Shown here: in pieces, positions 56,209 through 64,000 of the stretch | How positions within the stretch are numbered: position 1 is the first letter of the stretch | How the letters are laid out: each line of letters opens with the position of its first letter | Source: a virus | DNA length: 64,000 nt | Virus record (IMG/VR): IMGVR_UViG_3300031519_004559 | Strand: one strand, 5' to 3' | Notes under the pieces: model-generated | Seen by the model: the letters and a program-made list of their open reading frames with translations, nothing else | What the model was told of the DNA's origin: nothing | Database searches by the model: none | Translations under genes and position numbers: made by a program

Positions 56209-56970
56209 ATGAAAGAACGTATTCTAATTTTAGGTGACAGTTTTGCAGTAGCATACGGTCGACTAGAACAATATGCCTGGGTATCTCAATTAGCAGAAAA
56301 GTTTGATGTAGACAACTATGCAGTAAGTGGATCAGGAGTTTACTGGAGTTATCTTAAATTTCTAGAACATTACCAAGATAATTATAGTCATATAATTTGG
56401 GTAGTATCAGATCCGATGCGAGGATATATTCCTGAGATTGCACATAAAGTTAATCAACCTCATGAGGAACACTTTAGCGCAAGTCATGGTCAAAGAGGCT
56501 GGAAACGTTTTAACCAATACCCTATTGAAGAACTAAGATATACTTATAAGCATGTTGACTCTTATTATGCATTGATAGACAAACAAAAAGAAAATATATC
56601 GTCTTATTTAATGGTAGCCGACGCAAAACAAAAACGTCCAGAGATGTTAGTTCTTTCCTGCTTTCCTGCTTTACTTGAACACGAGTTAGATAATGCAAGT
56701 AATGATGTTAGTATTTTTGCAAATACTGATTCGCTTTTTGATTTTCAATACAACGATGAATCCCATTGGATAACCTCTAACCAAATTAAGAGAAAACGAC
56801 TAGATAAAGCATTAGGGTTTAACGACGATAGAGTATGTCATTTTACAATAGAAAACAATAAGATGCTGTATACAAAAATGTTAACGTGGATCGATAATAA
56901 AAACTTTGAATTATCATTAGATGACTGGCAACAGCCAAAAGACGCATGTAATTTTTATTTAAACTATTAA
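56209..56970 (+). CDS. SGNH/GDSL hydrolase-like protein
   Basis: ILGDSFA, NYAVSGSG, DDRVCHF. Confidence 0.65.
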   Translation: MKERILILGDSFAVAYGRLEQYAWVSQLAEKFDVDNYAVSGSGVYWSYLKFLEHYQDNYSHIIWVVSDPMRGYIPEIAHKVNQPHEEHFSASHGQRGWKRFNQYPIEELRYTYKHVDSYYALIDKQKENISSYLMVADAKQKRPEMLVLSCFPALLEHELDNASNDVSIFANTDSLFDFQYNDESHWITSNQIKRKRLDKALGFNDDRVCHFTIENNKMLYTKMLTWIDNKNFELSLDDWQQPKDACNFYLNY

Positions 56971-56988
56971 CAGCAATTGGGGAGTAAT

Positions 56989-58086
56989 ATGACAAAAAAG
57001 AAATACGCATGTCCTTTGCCGTTTAACCATATGGCAATTCGGCCTGATGGTCGTGTATTGCCTTGTTGTATATATAGATGGGCCGATGTACCAAGTGATT
57101 TAAATATCTTTCATAATGATCCATTAAATCATCCGTATATGAAAGACCTAAGAGAACAAATGCGCAATGATACTCCGGTAAGTGGATGTTCGTATTGCTA
57201 TAAAGACGAAGCACTAAACGGTCAAAGTATGCGTACTGAGATGTGGGACGACAGTGAAAAGTATGGGTTATCGAGTTTAGAAAATAATACTCCGCCTGAA
57301 TTGACTTATCTAGATTTAAGTATTAGTAACACTTGTAATAATAAATGTAGAATGTGTATGCCTGAACTTAGTACTTCTTGGTATGCTGATGCAAAGCAAC
57401 TAGGTTTAGAAATTCCTAAAGGTATTATTACTAACCCGTTAATTGAAAACGGTGATTTTAGTAAACTAAAGTATTTAAAATTACTAGGTGGTGAGCCGCT
57501 GTTAGAACAAGATAAACTTATCAAAATATTAAAACAATGCGATCTTCCTAATTTAAGAATAAATCTAATTACAAATACTACAGTTATACCTACTGAAGAA
57601 TTGCATAATCTGTTCACACAGTGTAAAAAAGTATCAGTTAGTTTAAGTATGGATGCAACTGGCGCATTAAATGAATTTTTAAGAAAAGGGTCTGAATGGG
57701 CTAAAACTGTTGAAACTGTAGATTGGTTTATATCTAATAACTATGATCTAAATGTACATAGTGTTGCTAGTATTTACAATGTAAACGTATTACATCAATT
57801 AAACAAGTTCTGTCAAAGTAAGAAGTTAATACAAAAATGTGTGTTAGTTGATGGCCCTGAGTATATGATGCCTAGGAATTTACCTGTTCAAGTTAAAGAA
57901 AAATTAAAAAAACGCTTGGAAAAAGATAAGAATGATGCTATAATAAACACAGTAATCAAAGAACTATCTACACCAGGAAATTTTGATGTGTTTGTAGAAA
58001 ACGATAATAAAATGAACGAATTAAGAAATGAACATTGGAAACATGCAAACCCTGAATTGTACAAACTACTAAGGGGTTATCTATGA
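56989..58086 (+). CDS. Radical SAM protein with N-terminal Twitch-like domain (class B3)
   Basis: CPLPF...DGRVLPCC...CSYC, then SNTCNNKCRMC, LGGEP; start moved to the ATG at 56989 (GGAG SD). Confidence 0.9.
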   Translation: MTKKKYACPLPFNHMAIRPDGRVLPCCIYRWADVPSDLNIFHNDPLNHPYMKDLREQMRNDTPVSGCSYCYKDEALNGQSMRTEMWDDSEKYGLSSLENNTPPELTYLDLSISNTCNNKCRMCMPELSTSWYADAKQLGLEIPKGIITNPLIENGDFSKLKYLKLLGGEPLLEQDKLIKILKQCDLPNLRINLITNTTVIPTEELHNLFTQCKKVSVSLSMDATGALNEFLRKGSEWAKTVETVDWFISNNYDLNVHSVASIYNVNVLHQLNKFCQSKKLIQKCVLVDGPEYMMPRNLPVQVKEKLKKRLEKDKNDAIINTVIKELSTPGNFDVFVENDNKMNELRNEHWKHANPELYKLLRGYL

Positions 58087-59195
58087 CTGAAGATTTAAAA
58101 TGGAGTAATTATGATTTTTCAAAGATACCCTTTGACGACATCGTTAGTGTTGGTCAGCGTACTTTGTTGTACCGTGATTTATTTACTGTCAGCTGGCTAC
58201 TTGGCCGCTTCTGTAACTACAAATGTAGCTACTGTTGGCCTTACGCCCGCAGTGATCGTAAAGACCACCGACCTACCGAGCTCTGTCTCAAAACAATAGA
58301 TGAAATAAAAAGGCAAGCTAGGGAAAATAACTTTAACAGTTTTCACTTTAGTCTTAGCGGGGGAGAACCTACATTCCACCCAGGATATTTAGATATACTA
58401 AAACACCTAGCAGACGATGTAGAGAACACTAATTATACCAGTGTACACATGACAACAAACATGTCACGTAATATGAAGTGGCACAAAGAGTATGTAGAAG
58501 CAGTTAAGCCCTTTCATCGTGCTAGTATTACAGCAAGTTTGCACACAGAACATGTAAACAGCATTGAGAAGATGCAAGACTTTGCAGACAAATTAATCTT
58601 CTGTCAAGAGCATGACGTACAAGTTACAATTAATATGGTAATGGTACCAGACTGGTTTGAACGTGATTGGGAAAATGCATTGTTCTTTCACAAGCAAGGC
58701 ATAAACGTTACGCTAAAGCCCCAAAGCGACCCTACAGCAAGCCGAGTAGTAGACGGGTATACAAAGGACAACCTAAAGCGTTTGTACAACGGTATGCCGC
58801 AACGTGCGTACACAGAGAGCAAGCGTAAGTGGACAGGTAGGCCAAAGCCTACTTTTGGAATGCCTACAGATGTTGCAGGTAAGAATGATGCTAGTGTTCC
58901 ATGGCATATGCAAATTGAACTCGAAGACTCGAAGGGCGATAAGTACTATATGGACCAAGCAGAACGTTTTAATGCCTTTAATTTCAACAATTTTGAAGGA
59001 TGGCGGTGTAACGCCGGTTACAGTGGACTTATAATACGCGAGCCAGACGGTTCGGTAAAACGCAGTTATTCTTGTCACGATGCACCCCTTGGTAATATAG
59101 AAACAGGCTTTACTATATTTAAGACACCTAAGACGTGCATAACTAAGAGTTGTGTAAGCAGTGCTGACTCAAAGATACCAAAAAGGAAAGTGTAG
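58083..59195 (+). CDS. Radical SAM protein (class C2)
   Basis: VSWLLGRFCNYKCSYC, LSGGEPT, FEGWRC...SC...LGNI...C...C. Confidence 0.9.
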   Translation: MTEDLKWSNYDFSKIPFDDIVSVGQRTLLYRDLFTVSWLLGRFCNYKCSYCWPYARSDRKDHRPTELCLKTIDEIKRQARENNFNSFHFSLSGGEPTFHPGYLDILKHLADDVENTNYTSVHMTTNMSRNMKWHKEYVEAVKPFHRASITASLHTEHVNSIEKMQDFADKLIFCQEHDVQVTINMVMVPDWFERDWENALFFHKQGINVTLKPQSDPTASRVVDGYTKDNLKRLYNGMPQRAYTESKRKWTGRPKPTFGMPTDVAGKNDASVPWHMQIELEDSKGDKYYMDQAERFNAFNFNNFEGWRCNAGYSGLIIREPDGSVKRSYSCHDAPLGNIETGFTIFKTPKTCITKSCVSSADSKIPKRKV

Positions 59196-59201
59196 GGAAA
59201 T

Positions 59202-60023
59202 ATGAAATTATTATGTGACAACTGGTGCGCCGAATACGATATTAAATTAAAAGGCATGCCCGAAGATGAACTTATTGATATATTTCAAGATATTTACAAA
59301 CACCTTGTATTAAACTTCCGTGATCAAGATCTAGATGAAGCAGAGTTGTTGCGCATTAGCGAAGTAATAGGCAGTGTGCAAAAACAAGATCCTAAAGATG
59401 CTCAACGTGCTTACGGAGGCAGCGGTGATGTATGGGCAGGCGAAGGTATACTTAGAGTAGGCGGAGATGAGTTAACAGGCAAGCCTAGTTTGTTTAGTCA
59501 CAAACACGACTTAGACTGGCATGCTAATCAACCTAGTAATCCTATTCGTAAAAAATTAATTTGGTTATACGCACTTACAGGTACAGCAGGCAGTAGAACA
59601 AGTTGGTTAAACAATGCATGGGCATATCAAGACTTGCCAAAAGATGTTAAATTGCAACTTGAAGATCTAAATGTTATCTGCGGATACAAAGCAGGACGTT
59701 ACAGTGACACGCCGCTGTTTAAGGATCATTTAGATATAGACAATCCTGTAAAACTTATACAAAGTTTTGGTAACCATAAGGGTATCTTTTTTCCGTTCTA
59801 TCAAATATTTGAAGTAGTAGGATATTCAGAAAAAGAAAGCCAAGACCTTATTGAATATTTACAAAATCATATTCTTAACGAAAAATATATGTATCATCAT
59901 GATTGGAAAGACGGTGATTTAAACGTAGCAGAACAAGTAGTGACTATACATAAACGCTGGCACTTCGAGCATATGGGAACACGTATATTATGGAGGGTAG
60001 CAAGTGGCCACGAGCATCTGTAA
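59202..60023 (+). CDS. TauD/TfdA family Fe(II)/2-oxoglutarate dioxygenase
   Basis: LNFRDQDL, LDWHAN, HDWKDGD, IHKR, RILWR. Confidence 0.85.
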   Translation: MKLLCDNWCAEYDIKLKGMPEDELIDIFQDIYKHLVLNFRDQDLDEAELLRISEVIGSVQKQDPKDAQRAYGGSGDVWAGEGILRVGGDELTGKPSLFSHKHDLDWHANQPSNPIRKKLIWLYALTGTAGSRTSWLNNAWAYQDLPKDVKLQLEDLNVICGYKAGRYSDTPLFKDHLDIDNPVKLIQSFGNHKGIFFPFYQIFEVVGYSEKESQDLIEYLQNHILNEKYMYHHDWKDGDLNVAEQVVTIHKRWHFEHMGTRILWRVASGHEHL

Positions 60024-60771
60024 TGCTATATTAGAGCAGAGTACCGCAGTGCGTACTTATGCACTTCCTGAAGTAAACACCGCTGTACGGGCTTTAAAAT
60101 GCGACTTAGACGCCATTAATCCGTACACTACTAACATAAAACAATGGTTAAAACCTGTAATTGATCTCGAAGACTTCTATGTGTATCCTACAAATGGAAT
60201 CACTGAAGGTTTAAATTGGTGGATGGCTAACGAGACTCGTAGCATATATATGGATGACGGTGACTATCAATGGGTAGTGCAACGTGGCAGTCAGTATGAT
60301 AACTGCATAAAGTATATGAGTTCTCCTGCATGTAAAGACGGCAACTTTAAAGAAGTTCCAACACATACGCCCATAGCATTAGATTTAGCATATGTAGGAA
60401 GTACTATTGCACAGCCAATTGAAATAAGTGACAACGTAGAATATGTATTCTATAGTCTAAGTAAAGCATTCGGGTTACGTAATGTTCGCACAGGCTGGAT
60501 CTTTACACGACGCCCTGATCAAAGGTTGGAAGCTATAACGCACAGTGCCAAATATTATAATTACTTTGCTCACAATGTTGCTGAAACAGTTATAAATAAA
60601 TTTGATATAGAATACATTTGGCGCAATAGAGAATTTAGACAACATCATATTTGTAGAGAATATGAATTTACACCCAGTGATAGTGTGTGGCTAGCAACTA
60701 CTAACAATCCTGCTTATGATAAATTTAAAAGAGACGGGGTAAATAGGGTATGCCTAGTACCATCCTTTTAG
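60004..60771 (+). CDS. PLP-dependent aminotransferase-like enzyme (fold type I, compact)
   Basis: TNGITEGL, DLAY, SLSKAFGL...RTG (PLP Lys). Confidence 0.8.
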   Translation: MATSICNAILEQSTAVRTYALPEVNTAVRALKCDLDAINPYTTNIKQWLKPVIDLEDFYVYPTNGITEGLNWWMANETRSIYMDDGDYQWVVQRGSQYDNCIKYMSSPACKDGNFKEVPTHTPIALDLAYVGSTIAQPIEISDNVEYVFYSLSKAFGLRNVRTGWIFTRRPDQRLEAITHSAKYYNYFAHNVAETVINKFDIEYIWRNREFRQHHICREYEFTPSDSVWLATTNNPAYDKFKRDGVNRVCLVPSF

Positions 60772-62279
60772 GAACAATCAGTAGTACGTATAATGACTGG
60801 GTGCCTTATCCTGTAGGGTGTCTTATTTCTCATTGTATGAAAAATCCTAACATTGCAAGAGACTACACATTTTTTGAACCGTTGTATAAAAACAAATGGG
60901 ACACTCCTGAACTACACGAAACGTTAAAAAAGACAGATATACTAGGACTAACTTGTTACGTATGGAATCAGCATGCCAACGATACAATAGCACAAAAGTT
61001 TAAAGAGTACAATCCAAGCGGTATAGTTATATACGGTGGCCCAAATGTTCCTGAACAAAACTTAGAAGAATTTAAACGTCCTTACGTAGATCATTATATG
61101 ACAGGCCCCGGCGAACTACAGTGGGAAAAGTTTTTAGATCCTACTAGTGATAGTGAATATGCAATACCAACACCTTATACTGATGGAATTTTTGATGACT
61201 TGTTAACTCGCGAAAATGATATAGCAGTTGCATTTGAAACTAATAGAGGGTGTCCGTATCATTGTGCATTTTGTGATTGGGGCGGAGTAAGTCGTAGTAA
61301 GATTACACAACTAAAAGATACCGCAGTTAAAGAAACAATCGAACATGTATTAAGTTTTGATAATGTAAAGCGTTTAGAAATACTAGATGCCAACTACGGA
61401 ATACTGCCAAGAGATGTGGAGTTTGTACAACATATTGTTGACAACAAAACCCGTGACGACATGATGTTAACATTCGCAGGCTTTGCTAAAAACGGATCTC
61501 CCCACCTAGCAAAAATTATGAATCTTACAATGGATAACTTTAATGATAAATTACGCAATGTAAAGATCAGTTTGCAAACTCTAACACCTGCGGTGCTTGA
61601 TACAATCCAGCGTAAAAATATTTCAACAGACAAGCTACTGAGTATTATAGACGAACTTAGAGATGTAAAAGTTAATAGTGAACTTATAATCGGGTTGCCG
61701 GGAGAAACAGCAGACAGTTGGGCTGATACATTATTTAAACACCCTGAACTAGGCATTGACTTTGCTAGAAGTTATCCTTTGTATGTGTTGCCAAATACAC
61801 CTATGGCAACTAATGAATATAAAGAAGAACATAGAATTCAAACTAAAAAAATTATATTACCAAACAACGAACAGTTTGAAATGATATACGAATGTAGTAG
61901 TTATGACTTAAATGAAATTACACAAATATATTTAAATTGGTGGTACTTTAATACCTTCTACAATTTTGGCATTGACAAAACTATCACTAAAGATACAATG
62001 AAAGATTTCTTTGAGAACTTGAGCGATATGCCGTTTATAAGTTGTTGTGTTGAAGAAGTAAAACTTTCGCTTGCTAGGATATTTACTCCAGCACCACAAT
62101 TGAATTTAGAAGGATATGATTTACGATACTTGCATAAAAATTTAGGCAGGGGGAGAGAATTAATTTATTTTAAAGATAACATAGACACAGTGCGCAGTGA
62201 ACTAGGTATGCCTAAGTTAAATATTAAAAATGATTACATGGAATTATCTAGTCCGTTTGCACACATAAAGGAAAAATAA
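60750..62279 (+). CDS. Cobalamin-binding radical SAM protein (class B methyltransferase-like)
   Basis: LGLTCYVWN, GGPNV, GPGE B12-binding domain; ETNRGCPYHCAFCDWG; DANYG; ELIIGLPGET. Confidence 0.9.
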   Translation: MPSTILLGTISSTYNDWVPYPVGCLISHCMKNPNIARDYTFFEPLYKNKWDTPELHETLKKTDILGLTCYVWNQHANDTIAQKFKEYNPSGIVIYGGPNVPEQNLEEFKRPYVDHYMTGPGELQWEKFLDPTSDSEYAIPTPYTDGIFDDLLTRENDIAVAFETNRGCPYHCAFCDWGGVSRSKITQLKDTAVKETIEHVLSFDNVKRLEILDANYGILPRDVEFVQHIVDNKTRDDMMLTFAGFAKNGSPHLAKIMNLTMDNFNDKLRNVKISLQTLTPAVLDTIQRKNISTDKLLSIIDELRDVKVNSELIIGLPGETADSWADTLFKHPELGIDFARSYPLYVLPNTPMATNEYKEEHRIQTKKIILPNNEQFEMIYECSSYDLNEITQIYLNWWYFNTFYNFGIDKTITKDTMKDFFENLSDMPFISCCVEEVKLSLARIFTPAPQLNLEGYDLRYLHKNLGRGRELIYFKDNIDTVRSELGMPKLNIKNDYMELSSPFAHIKEK

Positions 62280-62945
62280 ATGAAGGACATTATCTTTACA
62301 CCATTGGCAATACCGCCAATACCTAACAAGCAAAAAATACTTGATAGATTTAATGCTCCTGAATTCTATATTTGGTGGGACGAAGAAACTTTATTGGGAG
62401 AAAAAGAAAACAACAATCCTTTAGGAAAGCCACAACAGTGGACAGATGTTGCTAAAGAAAATTATTCCGAACTAATAGAATGGGTCGAAACATACATGCC
62501 AATGGACGAATATTATTATATTCGTATAGCAAGAGCTAAACACGAGATACCTCCACACATTGATGGCAATGCTGTTACACCAACACACGAACACCACCTT
62601 GCTATTATGCCTGAAGTACTTGAGTACAACATGGCACACGAACCTATTGGATATCGATTCGTTGTAAAAGGTAGCAAAGATAAAATGTATATGTGTAAAG
62701 AATATGATTATACAAGAGACATGTCTTGGCAAGAAAAGCATCGCTGTATTGTGCCAGAAGAAACAGATGCGTTTTTAATACGCAATCAAGACCAAGCACA
62801 TGGTGTAGAAGCAGATGCAGAAGATCGACTAATAGGATTTATATTAGGAAAGGTTAATGCCAAAAAGCACTGGGACCTAATAGAAAAAAGCGTAAGTATA
62901 TATAGTAAAAATGTTATAAGGAAACAAGATGTATTCAATGCATGA
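62280..62945 (+). CDS. Putative Fe(II)/2OG or cupin-type oxygenase
   Basis: IPPHID (HxD)...AHGV...R. Confidence 0.55.
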   Translation: MKDIIFTPLAIPPIPNKQKILDRFNAPEFYIWWDEETLLGEKENNNPLGKPQQWTDVAKENYSELIEWVETYMPMDEYYYIRIARAKHEIPPHIDGNAVTPTHEHHLAIMPEVLEYNMAHEPIGYRFVVKGSKDKMYMCKEYDYTRDMSWQEKHRCIVPEETDAFLIRNQDQAHGVEADAEDRLIGFILGKVNAKKHWDLIEKSVSIYSKNVIRKQDVFNA

Positions 62946-63546
62946 TGGCGCAAATATTAGTGTACACCAAGAAATAGCTGAACGTCTACAGCCGAAAAGC
63001 TGTATTGAAATTGGTACATATTACGGTGGAATTACATATAAGTTAAGTAAACTATTACCTAATAGTCATTTCTTTGCTGTACAAAGTTACCACGATCATA
63101 AACTTAATCATATGCCAAATACTGATAGAGGCGAATATAGTATTGGTAAAGCTGAATTAAGTAAGAGTAAAGGACTAGACGAAGACCTTAAAGACCAAGA
63201 TTGGAAGCGGAGTGTTAAAAGACATTTTCCAGAAGAGTATCACAATTACTTTGATTTTAATTTACTTGTAAAAACCTTTCAAGATTGTGATAATGTTACA
63301 CTAATACTTGACACTAGTCCTTTTAAGTATGATTGGAATAATGGGTTTGATCTAGTGATTTTTGATGTAAGTCCTTTGTATGCTGAAAATAAAATACAGT
63401 TTGATTATTGGGCAAAGTATGGCAATCCTAATAGTTACATACTAATGGGGGCGTATAATCATCAACAAGAATTTTATGAGTATGTGACATCTAAAAAATA
63501 TACTGCAGAAAAAATAAGGGATGATTATGTTCTCGTGCGCTTATGA
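62938..63546 (+). CDS. Class I SAM-dependent methyltransferase
   Basis: IEIGTYYGG motif I, FDLVIFD; start 62938 (ATGCATGA overlap) or 62929. Confidence 0.8.
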   Translation: MHDGANISVHQEIAERLQPKSCIEIGTYYGGITYKLSKLLPNSHFFAVQSYHDHKLNHMPNTDRGEYSIGKAELSKSKGLDEDLKDQDWKRSVKRHFPEEYHNYFDFNLLVKTFQDCDNVTLILDTSPFKYDWNNGFDLVIFDVSPLYAENKIQFDYWAKYGNPNSYILMGAYNHQQEFYEYVTSKKYTAEKIRDDYVLVRL

Positions 63547-64000
63547 GCTAGATATAGATGTCACACAACTACGTGAAGAATTACAACATTTAAACAATCC
63601 TATATACAAGTATGCAGGGTATGATGATATGTGCTTTTACGTATCGGACGAGACTGTGCGTCAACAAGGCTGTGATGCTGTTGTTAATTTTAAAAAAATA
63701 TTTAATAACGGATTTGTAGACAGCATACGTTTCCTAAATATGTATCCTGGACAAAAATATTTGCCACATGTTGATAGTAACGAACAAAATTTTCACAAAG
63801 ATATTCCTATGGATATACAACATCCTGGTAATGTAAACATACTTCTTAGCAAGCCTGTTGGAGATACTACTGTGTGGTATATTGATCCTGAACTTAGAAA
63901 GTTATGGCCTTGGGCATTTTCAAACAACGGAGATCTATTTCCTGATAGTGTCAACAAATACATTTCCGCGGATACAATGGGACAAGATATGACTACAATT
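63527..64000 (+). CDS. Partial ORF, putative Fe(II)/2OG oxygenase (runs off the window; not in ORF track)
   Basis: Hand-translated open frame from 63521/63527: MFSCAYELDID...FLNMYPGQKYLPHVD...NVNILL; AAGGG SD. Confidence 0.6.
   Translation, partial: MFSCAYELDIDVTQLREELQHLNNPIYKYAGYDDMCFYVSDETVRQQGCDAVVNFKKIFNNGFVDSIRFLNMYPGQKYLPHVDSNEQNFHKDIPMDIQHPGNVNILLSKPVGDTTVWYIDPELRKLWPWAFSNNGDLFPDSVNKYISADTMGQDMTTI

Larger units (their letters stand above)
1..64000. other. Fragment of a large T4-like myophage genome
   Basis: gp55-gp47-gp46 block, gp53/gp5/gp25/gp6 baseplate genes, tail-collar fibre, T4-like late promoter motifs, no cellular housekeeping gene context. Confidence 0.95.

Noticed and set aside
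55036-59195. CNYxCxYC radical SAMs as viperin-like or QueE enzymes
   Set aside because: They lack the viperin N(Y/F)H...CNYxCxFCF context and the QueE pattern, and carry extra Cys-rich C-terminal domains.
46614-59195. Radical SAMs as NirJ/Ahb heme-biosynthesis enzymes partnering hemC
   Set aside because: The motifs and domain orders differ from what I recall for NirJ/Ahb, no other tetrapyrrole genes are present, and the neighbours are sugar enzymes.
1166-62741. Numerous antisense or nested ORFs in the six-frame track (e.g. 1166-1624, 5679-6116, 12036-12479, 28211-28669)
   Set aside because: Shadows of real genes on the opposite strand, with no motifs or translation signals.
38507-64000. Island as host (bacterial) LPS or cofactor DNA joined to the phage
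   Set aside because: Continuous strand, similar composition, tight gene overlaps and phage-type promoter motifs; no integrase, att site or housekeeping genes.
1-64000. Stop-codon reassignment, CRISPR array, DGR or tRNA genes
   Set aside because: Genes are full length in the standard code with TAA, TGA and TAG all used as stops; no spaced repeats, reverse transcriptase or cloverleaf was noticed.

Overview
This is a gene-dense, AT-rich fragment of a large T4-like (gp55/gp46/gp47-bearing) myophage genome, probably marine, with no tRNA, rRNA, CRISPR array or IS element seen. (1) 1-5704, minus strand: late sigma factor gp55, then gp47 and gp46, then an inserted pair (a TMEM65-like membrane protein and a C-terminally shortened hemC), a small basic protein and a stand-alone GIY-YIG nuclease, followed by a GC-enriched, apparently structured non-coding region cut by the window edge. 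(2) 5785-38116, plus strand: baseplate/tail module (tube initiator, gp53, hub, gp5, gp25, gp6, a 5250-aa baseplate/adhesin protein, three paralogous fibre proteins), several genes preceded by a TAA(A/G)TA late-promoter motif. (3) 38173 to beyond 64000, plus strand: a >25 kb tightly coupled biosynthetic island opened by a consensus sigma70 promoter that sits inside an RBS-occluding hairpin. It encodes about 5 glycosyltransferase-like domains, a UDP-sugar dehydrogenase, 10 radical SAM enzymes in four architectural classes (one B12-binding), a PP-loop ATPase, a PLP enzyme, 3 Fe/2OG-type oxygenases, 2 methyltransferase domains, 2 SGNH proteins and a polysaccharide-lyase-like protein. The best candidates for undescribed biology are this glycan-tailoring radical SAM island, the GIY-YIG plus structured RNA pair, the hemC/TMEM65-like module and the promoter architecture. 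All family calls come from motif recognition by eye; no database search was run.
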